Source: Myxococcota bacterium (lineage in GTDB: Bacteria; Myxococcota_A; UBA796; JAJRTE01). Taken from it: a stretch of DNA of 64,000 bases. Every line of letters begins with the position of its first letter. Within the stretch, counting starts at the first letter, position 1. The position numbers and the translations under genes are program-made. Location of the stretch: contig JAJRTE010000118.1 in assembly GCA_024278455.1 (NCBI GenBank), forward strand, positions 33,521-97,520, given 5' to 3'. This document shows, piece after piece, positions 29,536-39,237 of this stretch. The notes below the pieces were generated by a model. The model saw nothing but the letters and a program-made list of their open reading frames with translations, did no database searches and was not told the DNA's origin.

Positions 29536-30456
29536 TCACGCCACGACCGGCTCCCGTATCTCAAGTGTGCCCTTGTTACCATCCAGGGTCGCAAGTGCCC
29601 CGATCGGCAGCGTGGCGTTGTTTTCTCCATGGCCGAAGGGAAGCCCGTGGACCACGGGTCCGGGAATGGCTTGCGCGAATTGCTCAAGAATGTCCACCAC
29701 CGGCCGCCCCGCAGCGCCAGGCTCAACGCAGTCGACCATTTCTCCGAAGGCGACCCCCGCCGCCTGTTGCAGTTTGCCGGCGAGCTGGAGTTGTGTCAAA
29801 AGACGATCGACCCGGTAGGGGCGTTCTCCGATGTCCTCGAGGAAAAGGATCTTGCCTCGAGTGTCCAGTTCGAACGGCGTGCCGAGTGTGGCGGCTATCA
29901 GGGAGAGGTTGCCGCCGCAGAGTCGTCCGGTGGCGCGCCCCTCCGACAGGCAGATCGACCCGCCCGTCCCGGCTGCCACAGGACCGGGAATCGTGTGCGG
30001 CCGGGTCAGCATGGCCATCATCTGCGCCAGGCTCGAGGCGCTGGTCTTGTGCAACCCGGCCACGAGGGGGCCATGGAACGTGACGAGCCGCGTCATCTCC
30101 GTGATATGGTTCAGGAGCGGCGTCAGATCGGAGTGGCCAAGGACCACCAGGGGATGCGTATCCACGGAAGGCAGTACCAGGTCCGGGAGTAGTTGCATGA
30201 CTCCGTATCCACCGCGGGCGAAGAAGACCGCCCTGATGTCCGGAGACGTGAACAACTCCTCGAGTTCGGCGATGCGTCGTTCCCGGGACCCGGCCAGGTA
30301 GTGTTCTCGATCGTGGATGTCGGCCCGATACCGAACCCGGAAGCCCTGAGTCTGGAGCCAGGCAACGCCCGCATCGAACGCAGCCCGGTCGAATGCGCTC
30401 GATGGAGCCGCGATGCCTATGACATCCCCTTTTTGCAAAGCTGGTGGAAGGACCAT
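29536..30456 (-). CDS. ldcA: LD-carboxypeptidase (peptidase S66, LdcA/MccF family)
   Basis: Motifs GDVIGIAAPSS, VFFARGGYG, VVLGHSDLTPLL, IFLEDIGERPYRVDR, HGLPFGHG. Its stop overlaps the start of the accD fusion gene. Confidence 0.8.
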   Translation of the reverse strand: MVLPPALQKGDVIGIAAPSSAFDRAAFDAGVAWLQTQGFRVRYRADIHDREHYLAGSRERRIAELEELFTSPDIRAVFFARGGYGVMQLLPDLVLPSVDTHPLVVLGHSDLTPLLNHITEMTRLVTFHGPLVAGLHKTSASSLAQMMAMLTRPHTIPGPVAAGTGGSICLSEGRATGRLCGGNLSLIAATLGTPFELDTRGKILFLEDIGERPYRVDRLLTQLQLAGKLQQAAGVAFGEMVDCVEPGAAGRPVVDILEQFAQAIPGPVVHGLPFGHGENNATLPIGALATLDGNKGTLEIREPVVA

Positions 30457-30551
30457 GGTGGCATGATGCGCGAAGGCCGGTGGGGTTTCAACGAAATTTC
30501 CATGCCCGTTCGCCGTTCGGGCCGAACGGCGCCATCGCTCTGGCATGCCGG

Positions 30552-31670
30552 CTACTCCGGTTCGTGTCCACTCTGGCATGGTTCCCTTGCATCGCGAGCA
30601 CATTGACATGCGTCCAGTGCCAAGGGGAGAAACGGGCAGGTATCACACGCATGGTCCGGGTCGGCATGGAAACGGCACAAGGCCGCCGGCATGCCTCGCT
30701 CCGGCTCGAGGATGGCGGCGGCAAGGCCCAGGATGAGATCCACGGGGAGAAGCGATGGCTCGACGGACCGATTCTTCGGGCTCCCTTTCGACAGGATGCG
30801 GCCCGAATCGTGGAGATACCATCCCCCGGCCATGCCCACGTCGCGAAGCCGGTCGGCCGGGATGGGTCTTCCCGCCACCACTGCCTCGGCCAGGCGAACG
30901 ACCTCCGCGAGCGGTTCCAGGTCGAACTCCCCCAGCCGGCCTTTCGTGCGCATGGTCACCCCCGTGTGACCTCGAGCGTCGCGGTGCACCACCAGGTCCG
31001 CCTTGTGCAACCGGGCAACCTTCACTGCACCGGTGCTGGCAGATACCACCGCGACCAGGCTGGTCTTGTTGGAAAGACGGATGCGCAGCGCGGACTTGAA
31101 GTCTTGCTCGGCACGAATCCAGTCGAGTTCTGTCGCGTGCGCGGCATCGAACAGCGCCATCATGATGTCGGTCACGCGTTGTGGCTCGCGCGGGTGGCAC
31201 AGGTTGAGTCCTCGAATCAAGTTCGGCAGGCTGACGAGGTGATCCATGGGAATGCGCGACGCGATGGAACGGCCTCGAGTCTCCTGTAGCCTCACGAATT
31301 CCAACAACTTGGATAGTTCCGGGCGATTCATAATGCCGAGGTCCTCGGCGACAAGCCATGACGCCGACTTCTCCTGCTTGCCTGGTGCACGGGTGCCGGC
31401 CCGGGCATGCGTGTCCAGTCGCCCGCCCCCGGTGTCGACGGCAAGCACGCCTCGTTCCTTCTCCAGGGTATCCGGATCGAGACCGTCTGGGAGATGACCG
31501 GCCGGGACGTAGACCACCGGGACACGCGCAATGCCCGGGTACCTGGTATCACCAAAGCGCCGGAGCAGCCAGATGCTCAGCGTGGCGTCCAGGTCGGGAT
31601 GCTCATGGGTCAGAATCGCGGTGACGCGACGGGGTGCAAAGTCGTCGATGATGCCCTCCTGTGGTCGAGC
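30552..31670 (-). CDS. DHH-family phosphoesterase (NrnA-like). The conserved N-terminus lies upstream of the first canonical start codon
   Basis: The track ORF 30552..31517 begins with GTG. The same frame is open 261 nt further upstream with no stop, and encodes DHH motif I (AILTHEHPDLDATLSIWLL; compare H-x-N-P-D-G-D-A-x-G-S) and motif II (LAVDTGGGRLDT). That upstream stretch contains no ATG, GTG or TTG. Confidence 0.5.
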   Translation of the reverse strand, partial: ARPQEGIIDDFAPRRVTAILTHEHPDLDATLSIWLLRRFGDTRYPGIARVPVVYVPAGHLPDGLDPDTLEKERGVLAVDTGGGRLDTHARAGTRAPGKQEKSASWLVAEDLGIMNRPELSKLLEFVRLQETRGRSIASRIPMDHLVSLPNLIRGLNLCHPREPQRVTDIMMALFDAAHATELDWIRAEQDFKSALRIRLSNKTSLVAVVSASTGAVKVARLHKADLVVHRDARGHTGVTMRTKGRLGEFDLEPLAEVVRLAEAVVAGRPIPADRLRDVGMAGGWYLHDSGRILSKGSPKNRSVEPSLLPVDLILGLAAAILEPERGMPAALCRFHADPDHACDTCPFLPLALDACQCARDAREPCQSGHEPE

Positions 31671-32088
31671 GGCTCGTCGCTTTTCCCGGGCAGCCCGCCT
31701 GTCGGGGATCTTGGACCTGCGCGGATTCGATGGAATCGTCGATGGGCAGGTGCCCGTGTCGGGGCCGATGGCCCGCGATCAGACTGGGCGGGTACTCTAG
31801 ACGACCACCTGAAGCCCTGTCAAGGACCCTTTTGCTGGATGAGTGGTCCGTCATGCGCTCCGGGTCTTGAGATGGAGCGTTCCCGTCACGCATGGCCTGG
31901 TTGCAAACGGACAAGGAACGCTGAGAGATCCTGGGAAGGGCGGCACGGAATCAAGGATTGCTGGTCTCGGTGCGAAGCTGCGCATGGACCACCCAGGCCT
32001 CCTCGAGCAAGCGCTCCAGTCGAGCCTCAGCAGCGCGAACTCTGCATAATCATTCACCTCATGCCTCACCTCCAGCGTGTACATCAGA

Positions 32089-33288
32089 CTACCGCCCCGA
32101 TTCACGCTCATTCGTTACGAACCAACCCGCTTCGAGCGGTTCGAGGTCCTCGAGACATCGTGACAGGGCAATGGCATCCACGTTTTCGGCCAAGGGGAAA
32201 CTGTCGGTCCCGGCGTGGATGACGTACAACCGGAACAGGTGCAGGTCGGCAAGCGCTGACCGCATCGACCGCGTCACTCGAGGTCGTTCCGTGCGCTTGA
32301 TCTCGAAGCCCACCTTCTTGCCGTCGTGGACTATCAGCAAATCCAATTCTGCACCGGTGTGGGTGGCCCAGAAGTAGGTTTCCTCGTCTCGAGCGCCCAG
32401 GATGTCGAGCATCTGCGCAATGGCAAACCCTTCCCAGGAGGCCCCCACCTTGGGGTGCCCCTCCAAGGCGTCGGGAGACGACAGACCCAGCAGGGTGTGA
32501 AGCGCGCCGGTATCGCTCAGGTACACTTTGGGAGACCTGACCTGGCGTTTTCGCAGATTCTCGAACCAGGGAGAGAGTTGCTGGACCACGAACGCACCGC
32601 TCAGCAAGTCCAGGTAGCGACGGACCGTGGTATCCGACACCCCGAACGAGCGGGCGAACTCGGACCCATTCCACGTCTGACCGTGGTAATGGGCCAGCAT
32701 GGTCCAGAATCGCCGCATCGTCTGAGCAGGAATGTTGATACCAACCTTCCGCAAGTCTCGATCGAGAAAGGTTGCGACATATTGCCGCCGCCACTCGACG
32801 CTGAGCGTTTCGCTTTCGGACAGATAGCTCCGGGGCAACCCGCCCCGCACCCACAGCCTCTCGAGGTTGTCTGCACCCACTTCAGCCAGACTGAACCCCG
32901 ACAATGGGTGATAGGCAATTCGCCCCGCCAGGGTCTCCGAACTCCGCTGCTGGAACGTCAAGGCAGCACTCCCCAGGAGAAGAAAGCGCGTGGAAGGTGG
33001 TGCCCGGTCAGCAAGCACCCGGAGTACAGAGAACAACTCGGGCTCGAGTTGGACTTCGTCGAGAATGATCAACCCACGCAGGCCGCGCAGGGCCAGACCT
33101 GGTTCAGCCAAGCGCGCCGCGTCGGCCGGGTCCTCGAGGTCGAAGAAATGGGTCGGCCCGTCCCACTGAGCTTCGACCTGATGGGCAAGTGTCGTCTTGC
33201 CTACCTGCCGGGCTCCGACAATGGCGACGACCGGGAAATGGCGGAGCAGGTACCGAACACGGGACAGATGTCTCGTGCGCTGGATCAT
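32089..33288 (-). CDS. AAA_14/DUF4143-family ATPase
   Basis: Walker A (VGARQVGKTTL), Walker B (ILDEVQ), FLLLGSAAL, and a C-terminal DUF4143-like region. Flanked by lower-GC DNA. Confidence 0.8.
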   Translation of the reverse strand: MIQRTRHLSRVRYLLRHFPVVAIVGARQVGKTTLAHQVEAQWDGPTHFFDLEDPADAARLAEPGLALRGLRGLIILDEVQLEPELFSVLRVLADRAPPSTRFLLLGSAALTFQQRSSETLAGRIAYHPLSGFSLAEVGADNLERLWVRGGLPRSYLSESETLSVEWRRQYVATFLDRDLRKVGINIPAQTMRRFWTMLAHYHGQTWNGSEFARSFGVSDTTVRRYLDLLSGAFVVQQLSPWFENLRKRQVRSPKVYLSDTGALHTLLGLSSPDALEGHPKVGASWEGFAIAQMLDILGARDEETYFWATHTGAELDLLIVHDGKKVGFEIKRTERPRVTRSMRSALADLHLFRLYVIHAGTDSFPLAENVDAIALSRCLEDLEPLEAGWFVTNERESGR

Positions 33289-33366
33289 GACATACCCCCG
33301 GGCTCTCAGCGTCCTTGAACAGATGTTTACCATGAAATCTCGATATCAACCACCGAAATTTCGTGG

Positions 33367-33768
33367 TTGGGCCAGACGAGGTTACCCCCGCTACGGGAGG
33401 CAGACCAAGATGTCAGGAAGCGGGGTACGAGGTGGAGACAGAACACCAGCACGCCAACCCGACTTCGACATTCCGGCACGAAGAATGGCCTATTCTCGAC
33501 CTCTTCCATCCTCCAACCTATTGATTTCAAGAACAGGCTGAAGCGTGCGGCTGGAATACCGGAACACGAGTGGGGGAATTGCGAGATTGACCACATCCTC
33601 CCTCTAGCTCCTGGAGGCAGCAACTGTCCGACCGATCTCCAACTGCTATCAAGACGCCGCTCCTGTCTGAAGATGGCATTCGAGCAGATCGTGGTGAGAG
33701 ACTTCGAGGCTGGGCGAATCAGCTACGAAGGCGCGGTGATATGCGTGCTGAAGTGGCAGCGGCAGTGA
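33367..33768 (+). pseudogene. HNH endonuclease remnant (degenerate or truncated)
   Basis: HNH core (NCEIDHILPLAPGGSNCPTDLQLL) without the upstream Cys pair. Lower local GC and atypical codon usage. It lies within the ATPase islet. Confidence 0.4.
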
Positions 33769-34197
33769 CTTTCCGGCCAGCGAGCCGCGCCTCCCAGGAG
33801 AGACCTACCTTTCGTAGACTGCGCACCTGAGCGTCGGGGCACCTGAGGATCCTTGCGGAGCCATCCGCGCTGTCCAGAACCTGAGTAGTTTCGCGGCGAA
33901 CCGATGCTGTTGAAACAAGACTACCCCAGATTCCACGCCGAAAACGCCCTGGAGGGCGGGAGCCACAGCCTATTTGGAGAGGACTTTCTTCGCACCGGCG
34001 CCACTTCCTACACCACTGATTCATGCTCCAATCGCTCGTGACCCTGGCTCCGCCCGCGGGACTACCTCGAGAAAGTTTCCGGGTGGTATTTCGGCTTTGC
34101 CACCTGACCGAGCACGTTTTGTCCGATCCGGCGGACTACCAGGCGTTGATGGACATGTTCCTCGATGCGGCCGGCGGGTGATCGGAGACGGGCCGGG

Positions 34198-34407
34198 TCA
34201 CGTCCGTCCGCGGCCGCCGCACCTGCGGCAGACCCGGTAGCGCACACCGCACCTGCCCTGTGCATCCGGCTCTGTGCGCACGATCTCTCGCCCGCTCCCG
34301 CAGCATTCGGGGCACAGTGTGCCTGGGGGCCTGGGTTGTGATGCGAAGCCCCGGTAGGCCAGGAACCCGGCGCAGGCGAGCACGATTAGGGCGGTGAGCG
34401 GGTCCAC
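34198..34407 (-). CDS. Small membrane-anchored zinc-ribbon protein (CxxC ... CxxC)
   Basis: 69 aa. N-terminal TM segment (ALIVLACAGFLAY) followed by CPECCGSG ... CRRCGG. Confidence 0.25.
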   Translation of the reverse strand: MDPLTALIVLACAGFLAYRGFASQPRPPGTLCPECCGSGREIVRTEPDAQGRCGVRYRVCRRCGGRGRT

Positions 34408-34460
34408 GACGCATGTCCCTCACTGGCGGTGCCACCTCGTTGGCGCGAGGTGGGTCGAGG

Positions 34461-34772
34461 CTACGCCTTCTTGTCCACGGACCTTGCCAGTTCGATGTAG
34501 CGAGACCAGGGAATCGCCGGCCAGGTCTCTGCTGCCAGCGCACCGTTCGCTCGAGTAATCGTCGAGACCTTGGTGGCCGTTTCCGGCCCGTCCGCCTCGT
34601 AGATGTCCATGAAGTCATAGGGTCCCAGAAGCGCATAGTGGGCGATCCACTTGACTTCTGGGCACATCTCGTCCACCTGCTTCTTCCATGCCTTGCCGAT
34701 CGCTTCCCGGCGTTTCAGGTCCGCGCTGATTTCCGGGGTCAGCTTGGTCATCAGTACGTACGTGGCCATGGC
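34461..34772 (-). CDS. GYD-domain protein
   Basis: MATYVLMTKLTPE ... HYALLGPYDFMDIYEA matches the GYD family. The start is chosen at an internal ATG. Confidence 0.7.
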   Translation of the reverse strand, partial: AMATYVLMTKLTPEISADLKRREAIGKAWKKQVDEMCPEVKWIAHYALLGPYDFMDIYEADGPETATKVSTITRANGALAAETWPAIPWSRYIELARSVDKKA

Positions 34773-35042
34773 ATTCCTCCTGATTGGTTGACGAAGAATC
34801 ATCGTCCTCGAGGCGACAATCACGCTGGTTCCATCATACACCGCCTAAGGAGCGTTTCTCAAGATATCCCCGTCGACACGGAAACCTGTCACCATGGTGT
34901 CACCGGCGGAATCAGGCCAGAATCGGCAGGACTGGACGGCAGATCGGTTGGGACGCCGCAGCGATGAAGCTATTGTTTTTCAGGTGGCCGCTTCCCGGAT
35001 CCCCATCCTCGACCTGGGCTTGCGCTACTGGTCGGGGACCGG

Positions 35043-38000
35043 TCACTCCACCTGCACGGCAACCGGGATATACACGACCGGCTGGGTCGGGTCGTTCGTC
35101 TCTGCACGGATCTGGAATTGGTAGCCCCCGGCAGCGAGTCCTTCCGCCGACACGTCCAGGTCCAGGGTAGAGGCTTCCCCGCCCGCGATCACAGCCTCCG
35201 CTGCGCCCTCGAGGTCACGGAACGACACGAGACCGGCCGAGGGCAGCACCGAGGGGGCCAACTCGACGGCGGAGTATGTTCGTGGCACGGTTGGCGCCTC
35301 TCCGGGTCTGATAACGGCGACCTCGAGGCCTTCCCTGCCTTCACCGTCCTGGATGCCGACTCGAGCCCAGCTTTCGGGCGCACCAGGGATCTCCTCGTAG
35401 TAGAACCGGATCCTGCCATCGGGAAAGAGCACGATCTGGAAGGTGTATCGGAAATCACCGGCATAGTCGGGCACGTTCTGGAACTGGACATAGGCGACGG
35501 AACGGGACGAGTCATAGTAGAAGTAGGCGCGATCCGTGGAACCGAAGTCGAGGTCGGCCCAGAACGGAGCGATCAAGTTGGCCGGCGCATCCGAACTCGG
35601 AATCGGCAGTTCGCGATAGGCTTCTGTGGTATCTTCCGTGAGCGTGATGTAGCCATCGGTCGAGACGTAGAGCTGGTTGAACGAGCCCAGGTAGAACGGG
35701 AAGGGCTTGGTAAGAAGCAGTCCCGACGAATGGGCCTGATCCCCAGTCAGGTGGAGGGGCAGGACTTTCAGCTCTAGGTCATCCCACACGAACGGGATTT
35801 CGTACCAGGTGTATGACACGGTGGGTCTGAGGGAGTAGGCCAGTTGGCTTTCCTGCGGTCCTGCGTTGGTCAGCGCGATACGGACCGTGCCGGAATCTCC
35901 AGAGGAGATCTCGAGGGGAACTGGACTCACGTTCCATTGCAGCACCGGTGCCGGGCGTTCGGCCAGCTCGAGTTCCACGATGCCCACGGATCCCGTGGCG
36001 GCGGCTCCCTCCGCGGGAGCCTGGATGGGAATCATGACCGACACGTCGTAGAAGCCAACGGCGCTGGCTGTGAGCATGCCCGACGTGGCGCTGGCGTCGT
36101 CCAGCTCGAACAGGAAGTTGCCGGCGCTGTCCGTTCCGGTCTCGAGCACGTCGCTGGCGACTTCCAACGTGACGCGTGCAGCAGGGATAGGCGCGCTGTC
36201 TCCCTGGTCTGACGATACGACGCGCCCGCTAACCACGATGCGAGGCGTCCCTTCACCGTCGGTCAGGATGCCCGTGGCCAGGAAGGCTTCCAGCAGGCTG
36301 GAATAGAGCCGCTGCGCCTGGTCGGACGCCAGCCCGATCTCGGTGGCCGCGCCGAGCATGCTGACCGCGAATTCGGTGAAGCCGCTGGCCGGCGTCAACC
36401 GGTACTGCACAGTGTTGTACGCGCAACGGGCGAGCAACCGGGCGGCGGCCCAGGGGTCGTCGTCGATGGGTGTCACCGCGTACCCATGGAAGGTTTTCCC
36501 TGGAGGGGTTCCCGACACGGCCAGGTACATGGCCTTGTTGACGATGGCGGAGTCGTAGTGCAGTGGCGTGTAGCCGCCGTCGCTGCCGATGTACCCGCTC
36601 ATGTGTCCCGGCATGCCGAATATCTCCGGGTGGGCGAGGTTGCGGACCGGCGGCCTTCCAGGGATGTCTTCCCCGATGGACCAGTCCAACTCCCCGGTGG
36701 CGTAGGCCTCCACGAACGTGCCGAACAGGTCGGCCAACGCCTAGTTGAGGGCACCGGACTGCCCGGCATATTCGAGGTCCGGGCCATGGTCGATAACGCC
36801 GTGAGTGAGTTCATGCGCGATCACGTCCACGGCCACCGCGAGGGACGTGGCGCGCGACGTGCCGACGCAAAGCACCGCGTAGTCCGTGATCCAGGCCGCG
36901 TTGTAGCCAGACATATCCACCCGCACCACCACGTCCATGGGACTGTCGCTGTCGTCGATGCCTTTTCGGCCATGCTCCTCGAGGTAGTAGTCCAGCGCCA
37001 TGCGGACAGCGGCCAGCGCGCTGACACTCGCGCCATATTCTGGCTCGTCGAACCTGGTGCCGGGACCGTAGGTGATGTGGTCGTATTCGTCGAAGAACTG
37101 CCGGTCGTATGCCGAGAAGACGGAACCGTCGCTGTGGATGACATAGATCACCCCGGTCTCCTCCTCTGAAGAGGCATCCACGAAGAAGGTGTCGTCGCCG
37201 GCAGCATCTCCGTAGAGGTCCGGGTAGGCGTCGTCATCGTAGGGGTGGAGGTAGCCATCCACGAGATAGGGAAGGGGGAAGCCCTGTCCGCGGTACAGGT
37301 TCAGGGCATAGACCTGCCCGTCGTCGCCCGTGCCCGTGGCCGACACCTGGCAATCGGTATCGTTTTCGCTCGAACAGGTGGGCCAGGTGGAGGTGTCGAG
37401 ACGAACCAGGTCCTCTCGAGCCAGTACGCGGCCGTCGACCTTGCTCACCAGTGCCCGAACCGGGCGTGTCTCACCCGTTCGGGCATCCAGTGCCTCTGCC
37501 ACGAACTCCAGCGCGGCTTCCGCCGCCCCATGCGGCCCCACCCACAAGAAAGTCTGGCCTTCCGTTCCCAGGACGCGCAGCCCCTCCGCGCGGACGCGGT
37601 CGGCCATCTCGCGGGGCGACAGGACGCCCTGCTCGACTGTCCGGATGTTCGCCAGGCTGGCGTTGAGGGAGGTGACACGGCCGCCTCGAACATGAAGATT
37701 GAGTCGGGCGCCGCGTACCGGCAGCTCCCCACGGTATTGATGGAACTGCAGGTGCCTGGCACCGTGGGTGTCCGTGTCGTCTCGAGTCAGCCGCAAAGTG
37801 GAGAGTGGGTCCAGGGCCAGGAGGTGACCCAGCCGGGTGCGCACGCTCTGGCCCGGATCTCCGCGGCCCAGGTCGGGAAACGGGAGGTCGACCCCTGCCG
37901 CGGCCTTCACCCGGCCGTCGCGATCGTACACCGCCCAGACACGCCCGGCGCTGGAGATCGAACCTCCTGGTGCCTCAGGGCGCACGCCGGCAACAGCGCT

Positions 38001-38138
38001 CGGATCGCTCCTCGATTCGCGCTCGACAAGGGCCGTTCGCCGCTCCATCTCTCCCGGGGTGCCGGGGTCGCAGACGACCCCCAGAGACGCGACGACCATT
38101 CCGAGAACAATCCCGGCTGTTCTGCACCTTCTGTCCAT
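35043..38138 (-). pseudogene. Thermolysin-like M4 zinc metalloprotease (propeptide, catalytic domain and C-terminal extension) interrupted by an in-frame TAG at 36741-36743
   Basis: The upstream ORF ends ...[27 protein letters not shown]. The downstream ORF continues [13 protein letters not shown]... (compare thermolysin HELTH ... ESGAINEAISDIFGT). TAG replaces the Glu codon at the thermolysin E166 position (third zinc ligand). N-terminal signal peptide at MDRRCRTAGIVLGMVVASLGVVC. Confidence 0.75.
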
Positions 38139-39237
38139 GCGGGCATTCCCTTCTCCCGGCCGGGCACGACCGGAGAACGCCGATGATACATCTTTCGCGA
38201 AGCGGCTCGAGAACGGAACGACAGCGGGGAGCAACAGGGAGCGCAGAACACGGCAAGCACAATCGGTACTGCGGGGAAAGCCTTCCGCCGACGCCAGCGG
38301 TCGAATCATTCGGGCTGGCTGCTACCCAGTGTACATCGCACGGTCGCACCGTGTCAACGGGATTGACACTGCCAATTTGTGCGCGAAATCGCGGCAGAAA
38401 TCCGGCTGGATAGCGGTTGCCACCAGGTTTCCAGTGGTAGATTGGTCATTCCGTGGGCCTGCTCGACCCGGCTCGAGGACTCCGCCCACTGGTGGGCCGG
38501 GCCGCCAGGCCGAGTCTTGGGTGAACCACGATAGGCGTTGTGACGAAGAAACTCGGTGGGCAAGCGCATCGACGCAGCAGGACCACCCCGCGATGGGGTT
38601 GTAACGGTATGTTTTTGTTGAGAAAACCAGGTGGGGGCGGGTATTTGCCTGCCGCGCTGGATTCTCGCCAAGAAAATTCTTGCGCTGTTGGTTTGTCAGG
38701 TGTACGGATGACAGCATCCCAAGGGTAGAATCGCGTTAGCCGTCGTGGTGGCCGTGCTCAAAAACCGTCTCTATCACGAGATGTCGATAGCGATAATTTG
38801 CGATTATGGGTGAGAGAAAAATCTTGGCCCGTCAATAGAAAACATGGATTAGCGCTCGACCGATACTCTCTTCTCGTTCACAATAGCATGGGGTGTTCTG
38901 CCTTGCGACCTACTCGGGCTCGTTGTAGCGGATGTCGACCCGTTTCGTCCTGGTAGTTGCTTTGACACACGTCCAGAAAGTCCGAAAGCGCGTGGGAAGA
39001 ACGTCGCAAATAAACGCGGTGCGTCGAGCACCGCAGTGGAGGCCCTTCTGGCTGTCGTGGTTGCCTGCTCGAAACACGTCTGATGCAGGGACATTGGGGG
39101 ATGGCTTTGGGGGCGTGGTAGACCAAGGAATAACGCTGAGATCGGAGCCCGGGCGTGCCGAACAGAAGCTGACACGAGCACTCGCGGCGAACCAGGGAAC
39201 TACGGCGTTGGCAGTTGTTCCGACGGAGAGGTGTGAC

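Noticed and set aside
31407-32222. 271-aa plus-strand ORF
   Set aside because: It overlaps the extended DHH phosphoesterase frame on the opposite strand and has a low-complexity composition.
38300-39237. AT-richer roughly 900-bp leader upstream of the module-1 TPR gene with short imperfect repeats (gcgataat / gcgattat)
   Set aside because: No convincing hairpin, riboswitch-like conservation or ORF with coding bias. Probably just a promoter or regulatory region. Not enough to call an ncRNA.
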